A DNA stretch of 39,522 nucleotides. It comes from Aquirufa sp. (lineage in GTDB: Bacteria > Bacteroidota > Bacteroidia > Cytophagales > Spirosomataceae). Of the stretch, positions 8,363 to 18,769 are shown one piece after another (within the stretch, counting starts at the first letter, position 1; each line of letters opens with the position of its first letter). Both the position numbers and the translations under genes were made by a program. The stretch covers positions 1-39,522 of the forward strand of contig JBMSJH010000001.1 in assembly GCA_049418705.1 (NCBI GenBank), in the 5' to 3' direction. Under the pieces are notes generated by a model. It saw only the letters and a program-made list of their open reading frames with translations, had not been told where the DNA came from and searched no databases.

Positions 8363-11300
8363 ATGAAAAATACCTCGTTCGGAATCTTCCGAATCACACT
8401 CATTATCGCCTTAGTGGTTTCAACGCTTTCTGTTTTTGCACAGGCAGCAAACCCATTAGCTGGCAAGAAAATCTTAGTTTTCTCTTCTACGAAAGGCTTC
8501 CGCCACTCATCCATCAAACCTGGCCAAATCGCCTTGTTTAAGATGGCCAAAGAAAAAGGATTTGCCGTAGATACAACGGAAAATGCCACCAATTTCACGG
8601 AGAAAAATTTGAAACAATACCGCATCGTGGTGTTCTTAAATACGACGGGTAATGTCTTAAATGACGTGCAACAAATCGCTTTTGAACGGTATATCCAAGC
8701 GGGTGGGGCCTACATGGGGATTCACGCAGCGACGGATACGGAATACGATTGGAACTGGTACACAAAATTAGCGGGTGGTCAATTCGCTTCTCACCCAGGT
8801 CGTCCAAACGTACAGAAAGGTAAGTTCACGGCGGTAGATCGCACCCACATTTCAACGGCACACATGCCAGAAACCTTTGATCGCACAGATGAATTCTACG
8901 ATACAAAGAACTTTAACAAAGACGTTCATGTATTATTGACATTAGACGAGAAATCGTATACAGATGGTAAAATGGGGGATTTCCACCCAATGGCTTGGTA
9001 CCACGAATACGATGGTGGTCGCGCGTTCTATACGAACTGGGGACATACACACGAGTCATTTGAAGAGCCTATCGTGGTGCAACATATTTGGGGTGGATTA
9101 CAATGGTTAGCTTCAGGTCGTCCACAAGATTACACGAAAAAATTACGTTCAGAATTAGCTCCAGAGGAGAATCGTTTCACGAAAATCACCTTAGATCGCA
9201 ATTTAGATGAGCCGACAGAATTAGCGGTGACGGATGCTGGAAAAGTGTTTTTTGGTGAGCGTAAAGGTAAATTAAAGATGTACGATCCGAAGAAGGGCAA
9301 GACGAAAGTCGTAGCTGATTTGGACGTATTCTCTAAATTCGAATATGGTTTAATGGGGGTTAATATCGACCCAGAATATAATAAGAATCACTGGATTTAT
9401 TTGTTCTATTCTCCTCAAACAGGGAAAGCAGACACAGCTCAGCACCTATCTCGTTTTACGTATGATGACGTGAAAGATACGTTGATCATGAGTTCTGAGA
9501 AAGTGCTTTTACGCGTTCCTGTGAAGCGTGACGGATGTTGCCACACAGGTGGTTCCATTGCTTGGGATAAATCAGGTAACTTGTTTTTATCAACAGGTGA
9601 TGACACGAACCCATTTGATTCGAATGGTTATGGACCTATGGACAACCGTCCAGGTCGCGCAGGTTGGGATGCACGTGCAACGTCGTCGAACACGAATGAT
9701 TTAAGAGGTAAGATCTTACGTATCAAACCTACTCCGGAAGGTGGTTACACGATTCCAGAGGGCAACTTATTCCCAGCTGGAATTTACCATGCGAAACCAG
9801 AGATTTATGTGATGGGTAACCGTAATCCCTACCGTATTTCGGTGGATAAGCGTACAGGGTTTTTGTACTGGGGTGAAGTAGGTCCAGATGCGGGTGAAGA
9901 TTCGAAGAAATATGGTCCTCGTGGTCATGACGAGGTGAATCAAGCACGTCAGGCGGGTTATTTTGGCTGGCCGTTATTCGTTGCGGATAACCGTCCTTAT
10001 AACCAACGTGATTTTGCAAAAGATAGCACTTGGGCTACTTTTAATCCCAAAGCTCCAATCAACAACTCCCCTCATAACACGGGTTTTGCTCACTTACCAG
10101 CCGCTCAAAAAGCGTTTATCTACTATCCGTATGTAGATTCTCCTGAGTTCGGTCCAGTAATTTCTAAAGGTTCTCGTAATGCAATGGCGGGTCCGATCTA
10201 TTACCGTGAAGATTTCCCTGCTACTTCTAAGACGAAATTCCCAGCGTATTACGATGGTAAATTCTTCGCTTACGATTGGTCGCGTGATATGATCTACACC
10301 GTAACGATGAATGCAAAAGGAGACTTCGTTCAAATGGAGCGTTTCTTGCCTAACACGACTTTCTCTCATCCAATGGATTTAGAGTTTGACAAAAATGGTA
10401 CAATGTATGGTTTAGAGTACGGTCCTAACTGGTTTGCAGCGAGTGAGGAAGCAGCTCTTTACAAGATTGAATACAATGCGGGTAACCGTACGCCGAAAGT
10501 AAAAGTGGCGGTTGATAAGGCGGTAGGTGCTTTGCCTTTAAAAGCGAAGTTCTCTTCTGAAGGTACAGTGGACTTTGATGGTGATGCTATTAAGTACGCC
10601 TGGAACTTCGGTGATGGCGGAACGAGCACTGCAGCTAACCCGGTTCACGTATTCGCTAAAGCAGGTGTTTATAACGTTAAACTTACGGTGAAAGACGCAG
10701 CTGGAAATTCAAATTCAGAGGTGATCAAAATCACTGCGGGTAACGAAGTGCCAAGTGTAGACGTGGCGATCGAAGGAAATAAATCATTCTACTGGAATGA
10801 TAAGCCAGTTACTTACAAAGTATCGGTTCAGGATAAAGAAGACGGTAGTTTAGCCAACAAGAAGATTGCAGAAGACGATGTGATTATGCAGATCGATTAT
10901 TTAGAGGGCTTTGACAAAACAGTCATTGCACAAGGTCACCAAGCGAACACTTCGTTCTCTGCTGGCAAGCGTTTGATCGATTTATCTGATTGCAAGACTT
11001 GTCACGCAATTGATAAGAAGTCGGTAGGACCTTCTTACACAGATGTAAGTAAGAAATACCGTGCTAGCTCACAAAACATTGATGAGTTATCGAAGAAGAT
11101 CATTTCCGGTGGTGGTGGTGTTTGGGGAGAGAACGCGATGGCGGCTCACCCACAAGTATCTGTTGCTGATGCACGTGAGATGGTGAAATACATCTTAGGA
11201 TTAGCAGATAAGAAGAAGGCTTCTAAGCCAGTGGCGGGACAATATGTTCCACAAGATAAGGGCAAGCCAGGAACTTATATCTTCCGCGCGATGTACACAG

Positions 11301-11731
11301 ATAAGGGTGCTGGTAAAATTGCCCCAGTGACTGGTTCGAAAGTGGTTACCTTACGTGACGCTAAAATTCCAGCTGTGGCTGCTGATGCAAGTGCTAAAAC
11401 GATGAAGTTTAAAGTAGACGGAATCGGTGAAATCTTAGTAGCAACTGGTGCAGGTGGTTATGCGCGTTACGATGCAATTGACTTAACTGGCATCAAGAAC
11501 TTATCAGTGATGGCTACGTATATGGCTGGCCAAACAGTAGGCGGTCAATTAGAGCTTAGAACAGGTAGCGTAACGGGTCCATTGTTAGGATCTGTAGAAG
11601 TAAACGCAACGAAGGCATATAACTTCCCACTTAACACCACAGGTGTTCATGATGTCTACTTAGTATTCGTGAATGACAAGGTGAAAGAAGGAGCATTATA
11701 TGCGCTGATGAACTTGAACTTCCAGAACTAG
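8363..11731 (+). CDS. Secreted multidomain protein: ThuA-like + glucose/sorbosone (PQQ-type) dehydrogenase propeller + PKD + cytochrome c + CBM6-like
   Basis: Signal peptide; ThuA (VFSSTKGFRHSSI, GIHAATDTE, FYTNWGH); propeller (CCHTGG, STGDD, DLRGKILRI, MGNRNPYR, DEVNQ); PKD (YAWNFGDG, HVFAKAGVYNVKLTV); haem site CKTCH with GVWGENAM; C-terminal ELRTGS..GPLLG..GVHDVYLVF. Confidence 0.85.
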   Translation: MKNTSFGIFRITLIIALVVSTLSVFAQAANPLAGKKILVFSSTKGFRHSSIKPGQIALFKMAKEKGFAVDTTENATNFTEKNLKQYRIVVFLNTTGNVLNDVQQIAFERYIQAGGAYMGIHAATDTEYDWNWYTKLAGGQFASHPGRPNVQKGKFTAVDRTHISTAHMPETFDRTDEFYDTKNFNKDVHVLLTLDEKSYTDGKMGDFHPMAWYHEYDGGRAFYTNWGHTHESFEEPIVVQHIWGGLQWLASGRPQDYTKKLRSELAPEENRFTKITLDRNLDEPTELAVTDAGKVFFGERKGKLKMYDPKKGKTKVVADLDVFSKFEYGLMGVNIDPEYNKNHWIYLFYSPQTGKADTAQHLSRFTYDDVKDTLIMSSEKVLLRVPVKRDGCCHTGGSIAWDKSGNLFLSTGDDTNPFDSNGYGPMDNRPGRAGWDARATSSNTNDLRGKILRIKPTPEGGYTIPEGNLFPAGIYHAKPEIYVMGNRNPYRISVDKRTGFLYWGEVGPDAGEDSKKYGPRGHDEVNQARQAGYFGWPLFVADNRPYNQRDFAKDSTWATFNPKAPINNSPHNTGFAHLPAAQKAFIYYPYVDSPEFGPVISKGSRNAMAGPIYYREDFPATSKTKFPAYYDGKFFAYDWSRDMIYTVTMNAKGDFVQMERFLPNTTFSHPMDLEFDKNGTMYGLEYGPNWFAASEEAALYKIEYNAGNRTPKVKVAVDKAVGALPLKAKFSSEGTVDFDGDAIKYAWNFGDGGTSTAANPVHVFAKAGVYNVKLTVKDAAGNSNSEVIKITAGNEVPSVDVAIEGNKSFYWNDKPVTYKVSVQDKEDGSLANKKIAEDDVIMQIDYLEGFDKTVIAQGHQANTSFSAGKRLIDLSDCKTCHAIDKKSVGPSYTDVSKKYRASSQNIDELSKKIISGGGGVWGENAMAAHPQVSVADAREMVKYILGLADKKKASKPVAGQYVPQDKGKPGTYIFRAMYTDKGAGKIAPVTGSKVVTLRDAKIPAVAADASAKTMKFKVDGIGEILVATGAGGYARYDAIDLTGIKNLSVMATYMAGQTVGGQLELRTGSVTGPLLGSVEVNATKAYNFPLNTTGVHDVYLVFVNDKVKEGALYALMNLNFQN

Positions 11732-11748
11732 GTTTTAGTACTGATACG

Positions 11749-11779
11749 AAAAAAGCCCCGAGAGATCGGGGCTTTTTTT
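11749..11779. terminator. Bidirectional intrinsic terminator
   Basis: AAAAAAGCCCCGA-gaga-TCGGGGCTTTTTT between convergent genes. Confidence 0.9.
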
Positions 11780-13658
11780 ATGCTCTTTCAGATAACTCAA
11801 GCCATCTTAGCTCTTTCTCTTCCAAGGTGTTTTTGATATCCTCGATGGCCTTCGCCCAATCGGTCAATAACTGAAAGTCTTCTGAGCCTTGGTTGAGTTT
11901 TTCAATCAGTGTCTCTTTTTCAATTTCAAGGTCAGCCATCTCTTTCTCTAATTCCTCGAACTCCTTTTGTTCCTTAAAGCTTAGCTTTGGGCCTTTCGTG
12001 GCGGCAGGTGCTGTGGGAGCAGCGGGAGAAGCGGTCGAAGGTGCTTTTACAGGGCTTTGTTTAACTGCTGGCTCGTCTTCTTTGTTTTCCAAGGCAATCC
12101 GGTAATCCGTGTAGTTTCCGTTAAAGAAGTTTACTTCTCCTTCGCCTTCCACTAGAATTAATTGGTCAACTAGGTTATCCATGAAATAACGGTCGTGGGA
12201 TACTAGTAATAGACAGCCTTGGAATTCGCTTAGGAAGTCTTCTAGTAATTGTAAAGTATCTAAGTCCAAATCATTCGTAGGCTCATCCAGAATCAAGAAG
12301 TTGGGATTCTTCACGAGCACGCGCATGAGTTGTAAGCGCTTCTTCTCGCCACCTGACAGCTTTTCTACCGGAGTGTATTGCTGGGCGGTAGGGAAGAGGA
12401 ACTTGCTCAAGAATTGACTCGGGCTGAGCGATTCGTTCTTTCCGTAGGGAATCACTTCCGCGATTTCTGTGATCGTGTCGATGACGCGTTGTTCTGGGCG
12501 GAAATCGAAGGGGATTTGGGTATAATAACCCACCACTAAGGTTTCGCCTGGATCGATGGTGCCGGAATCCGGTTGTTCCAGACCTGTTAATAATTGTAAG
12601 AAAGTCGTTTTGCCGGCACCGTTCTTGCCCACGATACCGATGCGGTCCTTCTTCTTGAATGTATAGGTAAAGTCGTTGATGATCTTCTTGTCTCCCCAAG
12701 CCTTTTTCAGGTGGTTGATTTCGATGATCTTATTGCCCAAACGAGACATTTGGATGTTTAATTCCAGTTTGCTGTCGTCTAGCTTTTTGTTTGCTTTTTC
12801 TTCCGTTTCGTGGAAGGCGTCGATGCGGTATTGGGCTTTTGTACCGCGGGCTTTCGGTTGCTTGCGCATCCACTCAAGCTCCTTGCGGTATAAGTTCTTA
12901 GCCTTTGAAATACTGCTGGCCTCAGAAGCCTCGCGCTCGGCTTTTTTCTCTAAAAAGTAGGCGTAATTACCTTCGTAGGTATAGATGGAGCCGTCGGCTA
13001 ATTCCATCATTTTATTGCAGACCTTGTCTAAGAAATAACGGTCGTGGGAAACGACTAAAACCGTGACATTCGGGCCGGACATGATGCCTTCTAACCATTC
13101 GATGGTTTCGATGTCCAAATGGTTAGTCGGCTCATCCAGAATCATAATGTCTGGACTCTCGATCAACAGTTTAGCGAGGGAGAGACGTTTCTTTTGGCCC
13201 CCGGATAAAGTCGATACTTTTTGATCTCCATCCGGAATACCTAATCGGCTGATGATTTGTTTCGCACGTGCTTCGTAATCCCAAGCATTATGTGCCTCCA
13301 TTAAAGCAAACGCATCTTCTAATTCTTTCGAATCGCCAGATAACATGGCTTTTTCGTAGGATTTAATAGCTACGGCGCTAGGTAAATCGTCCGAGAAGAG
13401 GTAATTAAGAACTTGTTCGTTTTCGGCGAAAATAGGGTTTTGAGGAAGGTAACCCACGCGAATACCTTTGCGGATGGAGATTTTGCCTTCGTCTGGGGTT
13501 TGCATGCCCATGAGGGATTCCATCAAGGTGGTTTTACCCGTCCCGTTCTTTCCGATGAGGGCTACTTTTTCGCCTTTTTGGAGGCCAAAAAATAAACCTT
13601 TAAACACCCATCTTTCGCCCAGGTTGCGTGAAATGTTTTCCGCCGATAAATAATTCAT
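11778..13658 (-). CDS. ABC-F family ATPase (Uup/YfmR-like)
   Basis: Two ABC domains (GKNGTGKT, LSGGQ, LDEPTNHLD; GKNGAGKT, LSGGE, LDEPTNDLD), no TM segments, C-terminal coiled coil ending RWLEL. Confidence 0.92.
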   Translation of the reverse strand: MNYLSAENISRNLGERWVFKGLFFGLQKGEKVALIGKNGTGKTTLMESLMGMQTPDEGKISIRKGIRVGYLPQNPIFAENEQVLNYLFSDDLPSAVAIKSYEKAMLSGDSKELEDAFALMEAHNAWDYEARAKQIISRLGIPDGDQKVSTLSGGQKKRLSLAKLLIESPDIMILDEPTNHLDIETIEWLEGIMSGPNVTVLVVSHDRYFLDKVCNKMMELADGSIYTYEGNYAYFLEKKAEREASEASSISKAKNLYRKELEWMRKQPKARGTKAQYRIDAFHETEEKANKKLDDSKLELNIQMSRLGNKIIEINHLKKAWGDKKIINDFTYTFKKKDRIGIVGKNGAGKTTFLQLLTGLEQPDSGTIDPGETLVVGYYTQIPFDFRPEQRVIDTITEIAEVIPYGKNESLSPSQFLSKFLFPTAQQYTPVEKLSGGEKKRLQLMRVLVKNPNFLILDEPTNDLDLDTLQLLEDFLSEFQGCLLLVSHDRYFMDNLVDQLILVEGEGEVNFFNGNYTDYRIALENKEDEPAVKQSPVKAPSTASPAAPTAPAATKGPKLSFKEQKEFEELEKEMADLEIEKETLIEKLNQGSEDFQLLTDWAKAIEDIKNTLEEKELRWLELSERA

Positions 13659-13680
13659 TTGTTTGTTGTTGAGAATTCAA

Positions 13681-14547
13681 TTACGAATTCGATTCCATCT
13701 CTTCTTCTCTCATTTTACGCTTCAAGACACGGCCTGAAACGCCGATACTGATTTCATACAGACCTAAGAGTGGAAATGCCACTAAAAGTTGTGAAACCAC
13801 ATCCGGAGAAGGGGTGATGATCGCCGCCACGATAAAAATGACAATCAGGGCATGTCTGCGATACTCCCGCATGAAAGACGGGGTTAATATGCCCACTTGA
13901 GATAGCACGAAGGCTACCATCGGTAATTGGAAAGTTATGCCGCAAGCCAAGGTCAACATCGATAACAAGGAAATATAATCGTTGATGTCGAATTGGTTTT
14001 GGATGCTTGGGTCTAGCTTAAAGTTCGCTAAGAAGTTAATGGCCATAGGAGCCACTACGAAATAACCGAAGGCAACCCCACTAAAAAACAAGACAGAAAC
14101 CCAGAAAACAGCCCCACGCGCCGCTTTCAATTCCTTGCTTTTTAGGCCTGGTTTGATGAAACGCCACAATTCGTGGAACATGTAGGGGAAGGCAAATAAT
14201 AGTCCGACGATGATGGACTGTGTTAGCGCCATCATGAATTGACCAGAAACCTCTCTACTTTGTAAAATAAAGTCCGCCTTCTGCATGCACAAACTAGGCA
14301 TGTTGAAGAGGTCAGCGGCTTGGCACAGGATTTGGTTCGTATAAAAATCCGTCTTCGTAGGCCCTAAAATGATCGAGCTGAAGATGAATTCCCGGAAGAA
14401 CCAAGCGGCCACCGCAAAGACAAAAAAGGAAGCAACAGATCGCAGAATATGCCATCTTAATTCTTCTAGATGACCTAGGAAGGACATTTCTGTGCCATCC
14501 GTTACCTCATCGTCGTCGAAATCGTCAAAATCTTGATCTGTTGCCAT
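13681..14547 (-). CDS. tatC: Twin-arginine translocase subunit TatC
   Basis: MSFLGHLEELR, ELWRFIKPGL, FQLP, AAIITP.PD and LYEISI motifs. Confidence 0.95.
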   Translation of the reverse strand: MATDQDFDDFDDDEVTDGTEMSFLGHLEELRWHILRSVASFFVFAVAAWFFREFIFSSIILGPTKTDFYTNQILCQAADLFNMPSLCMQKADFILQSREVSGQFMMALTQSIIVGLLFAFPYMFHELWRFIKPGLKSKELKAARGAVFWVSVLFFSGVAFGYFVVAPMAINFLANFKLDPSIQNQFDINDYISLLSMLTLACGITFQLPMVAFVLSQVGILTPSFMREYRRHALIVIFIVAAIITPSPDVVSQLLVAFPLLGLYEISIGVSGRVLKRKMREEEMESNS

Positions 14548-14553
14548 TTGTTA

Positions 14554-15843
14554 TTATAGGTATAATGGGAATTGCTTCACCCATTCATTTACTTCTCCTT
14601 TGATTGACTTCAATACCGCTTCATTACCGTGGTTCATCAAGGCTTTGTCCACCATGTCCACGATTTGCGTCATATCGCCTTCTTTCAAACCACGTGTCGT
14701 CATCGCCGCCGTTCCCACACGCATACCTGAAGTAACGAATGGAGACTTGTCGTCGAATGGAACCATGTTTTTGTTAATCGTAATATCCGCTTGAATCAAC
14801 GTATTCTCTGCTAATTTACCACTTAAGCCTTTCGGGCGTAAGTCGATTAGCATCAAGTGGTTATCTGTTCCGCCTGAGATGATTTCATATCCTTTCGCTA
14901 AGAAAGCCTTCGCCATCGCTTGTGCATTTGACTGCACTTGCTTTGCGTATGTTTCGAACGTCGGAGTTAATGCCTCGCCAAAAGCAATCGCTTTCGCCGC
15001 AATCACGTGCTCTAATGGACCACCTTGCGTTCCTGGGAACACCGCGCCATCTAAACAAGCCGACATCGTTTTTAATTCACCTTTCAATGTTTTGAACCCA
15101 AATGGATTCTCAAAATCATTTCCCATCATAATCAAACCACCACGAGGTCCACGAAGCGTTTTGTGCGTCGTCGTCGTTACGATGTGGCAATGTTGCATTG
15201 GGTTATTTAATAAACCCTTCGCGATTAACGCAGATGGGTGAGAAATATCAGCTAATAAGATCGCACCTACTTGGTCAGCGATCGCGCGAAGACGTGCATA
15301 ATCCCAATCACGAGAATAAGCAGACGCTCCACAAATGATCAATCTTGGTTTTTCTTTTACTGCAGTCGCCTCCACTTTGTCCCAATCGATCAATCCCGTT
15401 TCTTTTTCTACACCGTAGAAGAAAGCTTGGAAATACTTTCCAGAGAAATTCACTGGAGAACCGTGCGAAAGGTGACCACCGTGAGATAAGTCAAAACCTA
15501 AAATTTTATCACCTGGGTTCAAGAAAGATAAGAATACGGCCGCATTCGCTTGTGCACCTGAGTGAGGTTGAACGTTCGCCCAAGCCGCTCCGAATAATTT
15601 CTTCGCACGCTCAATCGCTAACGTTTCTACTTCATCCACTACTTCGCAACCACCATAATAACGCTTCCCTGGTAGTCCTTCGGCGTATTTATTGGTTAAA
15701 ACACTTCCCTGCGCTTCCATCACCTGAGGGGATGTGAAGTTTTCAGAGGCGATTAATTCAATGCCAAATTCTTGGCGATGTGCCTCCTGGTTGATCAGGT
15801 CAAAAATCTCTTTATCTCGTTGTGTAGGAAAAGTGGATGCCAT
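14554..15843 (-). CDS. glyA: Serine hydroxymethyltransferase
   Basis: [34 protein letters not shown]-lysine motif [14 protein letters not shown], and FPGTQGGP. Confidence 0.98.
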   Translation of the reverse strand: MASTFPTQRDKEIFDLINQEAHRQEFGIELIASENFTSPQVMEAQGSVLTNKYAEGLPGKRYYGGCEVVDEVETLAIERAKKLFGAAWANVQPHSGAQANAAVFLSFLNPGDKILGFDLSHGGHLSHGSPVNFSGKYFQAFFYGVEKETGLIDWDKVEATAVKEKPRLIICGASAYSRDWDYARLRAIADQVGAILLADISHPSALIAKGLLNNPMQHCHIVTTTTHKTLRGPRGGLIMMGNDFENPFGFKTLKGELKTMSACLDGAVFPGTQGGPLEHVIAAKAIAFGEALTPTFETYAKQVQSNAQAMAKAFLAKGYEIISGGTDNHLMLIDLRPKGLSGKLAENTLIQADITINKNMVPFDDKSPFVTSGMRVGTAAMTTRGLKEGDMTQIVDMVDKALMNHGNEAVLKSIKGEVNEWVKQFPLYL

Positions 15844-15880
15844 AAAAATCGAATGGGTTCTGGATTACATTTTGAAAGGT

Positions 15881-15973
15881 CAAAAGTACGTTTTTTTCTC
15901 CAAATTGAAAAATGGAATCCCCCTATAATAAGACAAATATCACACGTGTTTCTGCGCTTTTTTCTTAATTTTG
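15881..15973. promoter_or_regulatory. Divergent -7 promoter boxes for glyA and dsbD
   Basis: TACTTTTG on - (15881-15888) and TAATTTTG on + (15966-15973). The latter supports the ATG at 15995. Confidence 0.55.
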
Positions 15974-15994
15974 GCTTTGCATTTCGAGACAAAC

Positions 15995-18010
15995 ATGAAA
16001 TTAAAATATATCGCCTTTCTTTTGTTCGCTTTTCTAGCCATTCCGGCTGTTGCACAAAAGATTACACCCGCTAAATGGTCCTGGTCCATTAAGCCTGCAA
16101 ACCCGAAAGTGGGGGAGCAAGCCGAGGTCATTTTCAAAGTGGCTATCGAAAAAGATTGGTACTTGTATTCGTCTGATTTTGACAAAGATTTAGGCCCCAC
16201 GGTAACCACGGTGACTTTCAAGCCGGGCGTGGGATATCAAACCATTGGTGGATTGAAAGCCATCAATCCGCATTCGAAAAACGATACAGAGATTTGGAAC
16301 GGTACCTATACTTATTTCACAGGTCAAGGGGAATTCCGCCAAAAGATCAAAATTACCGCCCCAGAGTACAAGATCGAGGGTTCCTATGATTCGCAATCAT
16401 GCTCTAACGTTTCTGGACTTTGCGTGCCCATTAAAGGGGTGTTTAGTTTAGCCGGGAAAGCGGAAAAGACCGCAGTGGCTGATACGGCGGCTACTCCTCC
16501 AGTAACTGTGGATTCAGTGGCCGAAGCACCAGCAGCAAATGCTGAACCAGTTGCTCCCACGGCACCATCCGCTCAAGCTCCCCAAGAGGAATCTTTATTT
16601 ACCTTCTTCTGGATTGCCTTAGGTGCTGGTTTCCTAGCTTTATTGACTCCTTGTGTCTATCCATTAATCCCGATGACGGTGAGTTTCTTCACGAAACAAA
16701 AGGGGGGCAAAGGCCTTGCGTTCTTGTACGGTGGCTTTATCGTGTTGATTTATGTGTTCTTCGGGACGCTTTTAGCTTTCTTTGCAGGAGCTAGTTTCGC
16801 GAATTTCTTGAGCACACACTGGATTCCGAATATGCTCTTCTTTACGATTTTCATCCTGTTCGGGATTTCGTTCTTAGGGGCTTTTGAAATCGTGTTGCCA
16901 TCGAATCTGGTGAATTCAGTAGATGCAAAATCGGACAAAGGTGGTTTCATCGGCGTCTTCTTTATGGCCTTCACGCTGGTATTGGTTTCGTTCTCTTGCA
17001 CGGGGCCATTGGCAGGTTCGATCTTAATTGCAGCCTCACAGGGCGCTTTCTTGAAACCGATTATCGGGATGCTGGGCTTCTCTTTAGACTTCGCGATTCC
17101 ATTTACTTTGTTTGCCATTTTCCCTGGGTTTATGCAGAAGTTGCCTAAGTCGGGTAATTGGATGAACGAGGTGAAGGTGGTGTTAGGTTTCTTAGAAATT
17201 GCGTTAGCATTTAAATTCTTGAGCGTGGCGGATCAGGTTTACCACTGGCATTTATTAGATCGCGAGATCTTCTTAGCGATTTGGATTGCGATCTTCACGG
17301 CCTTGACTTTGTATTTGTTTGGGAAGATCTCCTTGCCACACGATGGGCCAGCGAAGAATCTCTCGGTTCCACGTACCTTGTTTGCGACGGCGGTTTTGGC
17401 TTTTGTGATTTACTTGGTTCCGGGGATGTTCGGGGCACCATTGAAAGGACTCTCGGGATGGTTACCTCCGATGAATTCGCAGGATTTTAAGGGGTCTCAA
17501 GCTCAGTCCGAGGAATCTGCCGCGCAGAAAAATGAAGCCTTATATAGCGATTTTCTAGAACTGCCTTTAGGTCTTTCAGGTTATTTCGATTTCGAGCAGG
17601 CGAAAGCGGCGGCTTTAAAGGCTAATAAACCTTTGTTCATCGACTTTACTGGACACGGTTGTGTGAATTGCCGGAAGATGGAGGAATATGTTTGGTCTGA
17701 TCCGGCGGTGCTTCAGCGTTTGAAACAAGATTACGTGGTGGTGGCATTGTATTGCGATGATAAGACGGAATTGCCTGCAGACAAGTGGTATACCTCGAAA
17801 GTGGATGGTCAAGAGAAGAAGACCTTGGGGGACCAAAACCTCGACTTCCAAATCTCCCGCTTCAACTCGAACGCACAACCACATTACGTTTTACTCGATC
17901 CTCGTAATGACGCAAAACCGATGGTGCCACCCGTTGCCTTCGATGCGAATGTTGCGCACTTTGTTACTTTCTTAGATCAAGGTAAATCCATCTATCAATC
18001 TTCTAAATAA
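15995..18010 (+). CDS. dsbD: Three-domain thiol:disulfide interchange protein DsbD
   Basis: Signal peptide, N-domain cysteine pair QSC..GLCVP, TM cysteines LTPCVYP and SFSCTGP, LPKSGNWM, thioredoxin FTGHGCVNC. Confidence 0.9.
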   Translation: MKLKYIAFLLFAFLAIPAVAQKITPAKWSWSIKPANPKVGEQAEVIFKVAIEKDWYLYSSDFDKDLGPTVTTVTFKPGVGYQTIGGLKAINPHSKNDTEIWNGTYTYFTGQGEFRQKIKITAPEYKIEGSYDSQSCSNVSGLCVPIKGVFSLAGKAEKTAVADTAATPPVTVDSVAEAPAANAEPVAPTAPSAQAPQEESLFTFFWIALGAGFLALLTPCVYPLIPMTVSFFTKQKGGKGLAFLYGGFIVLIYVFFGTLLAFFAGASFANFLSTHWIPNMLFFTIFILFGISFLGAFEIVLPSNLVNSVDAKSDKGGFIGVFFMAFTLVLVSFSCTGPLAGSILIAASQGAFLKPIIGMLGFSLDFAIPFTLFAIFPGFMQKLPKSGNWMNEVKVVLGFLEIALAFKFLSVADQVYHWHLLDREIFLAIWIAIFTALTLYLFGKISLPHDGPAKNLSVPRTLFATAVLAFVIYLVPGMFGAPLKGLSGWLPPMNSQDFKGSQAQSEESAAQKNEALYSDFLELPLGLSGYFDFEQAKAAALKANKPLFIDFTGHGCVNCRKMEEYVWSDPAVLQRLKQDYVVVALYCDDKTELPADKWYTSKVDGQEKKTLGDQNLDFQISRFNSNAQPHYVLLDPRNDAKPMVPPVAFDANVAHFVTFLDQGKSIYQSSK

Positions 18011-18456
18011 TGTCTTGGGCAGCCTATTCTGGAGTGATGATAGCCACAGGGCTAAAATTTATCGCGGGACCTATCACAGGTTTCAGCCTGGGTCTAGCTT
18101 GGTATGAAACCGTGTTGTTTACTTGGTTAGGGGCGATGCTGACGGTCACTATTATTGTGACATTGGGTAAAGCGATCTTAGGTTTGCTTGCAAAATACCG
18201 TACAAAAAAACCGAAACTGTTCTCTAAAAGAATCCGCTATGCGGTCGATATTTGGCAACGTTTTGGAATGAAAGGAATTGCAGCCTTGACTCCTTTAATC
18301 TTTACACCGATCGGTGGAAGTTTATTATCCCTTTCGTTTAAAGTACCTACTCCTAGAATCTTATTCTTGATGGGGATATCCTCTTTGATCTGGTCACTGA
18401 TTTATGTGGCCGGCATTTACCAATTGACTTTCTTGCGAGAAATGCTCGTGCATTAA
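18010..18456 (+). CDS. Hypothetical membrane protein
   Basis: 148 aa with about 4 hydrophobic segments and the motif GIAALTPLIFTPIGG. Start overlaps the dsbD stop (TAATG). Confidence 0.75.
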   Translation: MSWAAYSGVMIATGLKFIAGPITGFSLGLAWYETVLFTWLGAMLTVTIIVTLGKAILGLLAKYRTKKPKLFSKRIRYAVDIWQRFGMKGIAALTPLIFTPIGGSLLSLSFKVPTPRILFLMGISSLIWSLIYVAGIYQLTFLREMLVH

Positions 18457-18473
18457 TTTTCGATTAGGGGCAT

Positions 18474-18500
18474 AAAAAAAGCCGGATAAACCGGCTTCTT
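18474..18500. terminator. Intrinsic terminator between convergent genes
   Basis: AAAAAAAGCCGG-ataaa-CCGGCTTCTT. Confidence 0.8.
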
Positions 18501-18520
18501 AAAATCTATGTCCTCAGGAA

Positions 18521-18769
18521 TTAGTTTCCTTGGTTGATTGCTTTTCCTTTGAATAATTTCTCACGGATCGCATTTGCTTTTACTTCTAACTCTGGTTTCG
18601 CATCGTAAGTTAACTTCGATTGAACCGCTGCGCTATCTGGGTGAACGCCATATACATACTCGTCGCCTTTACGAACGTCTTTTTGTTTGATTGTGTTGTT
18701 TTTTTGGTAATCACATGATGTCGCTACCGCTAAAATGGCTACTAAAGAAAGTAAATTCGTTAATTTCAT
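18521..18769 (-). CDS. Small hypothetical lipoprotein (82 aa)
   Basis: MKLTNLLSLVAILAVATS-C lipobox. Own -7 box TATTTTTG (18793-18800, -) and a downstream terminator. Confidence 0.8.
   Translation of the reverse strand: MKLTNLLSLVAILAVATSCDYQKNNTIKQKDVRKGDEYVYGVHPDSAAVQSKLTYDAKPELEVKANAIREKLFKGKAINQGN

Noticed and set aside
8278-8625. N-terminal extension of the dienelactone hydrolase ORF
   Set aside because: Antisense to the ThuA gene; a clean signal peptide starts at 8277.
11990-12080. Ala/Pro-rich low-complexity stretch in ABC-F (similar one in DsbD near 16470-16580)
   Set aside because: Ordinary interdomain linkers, not DNA repeats.
15844-15994. Possible ZTP/THF/glycine riboswitch upstream of glyA
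   Set aside because: The predicted leader is only about 30 nt and shows no aptamer motif.
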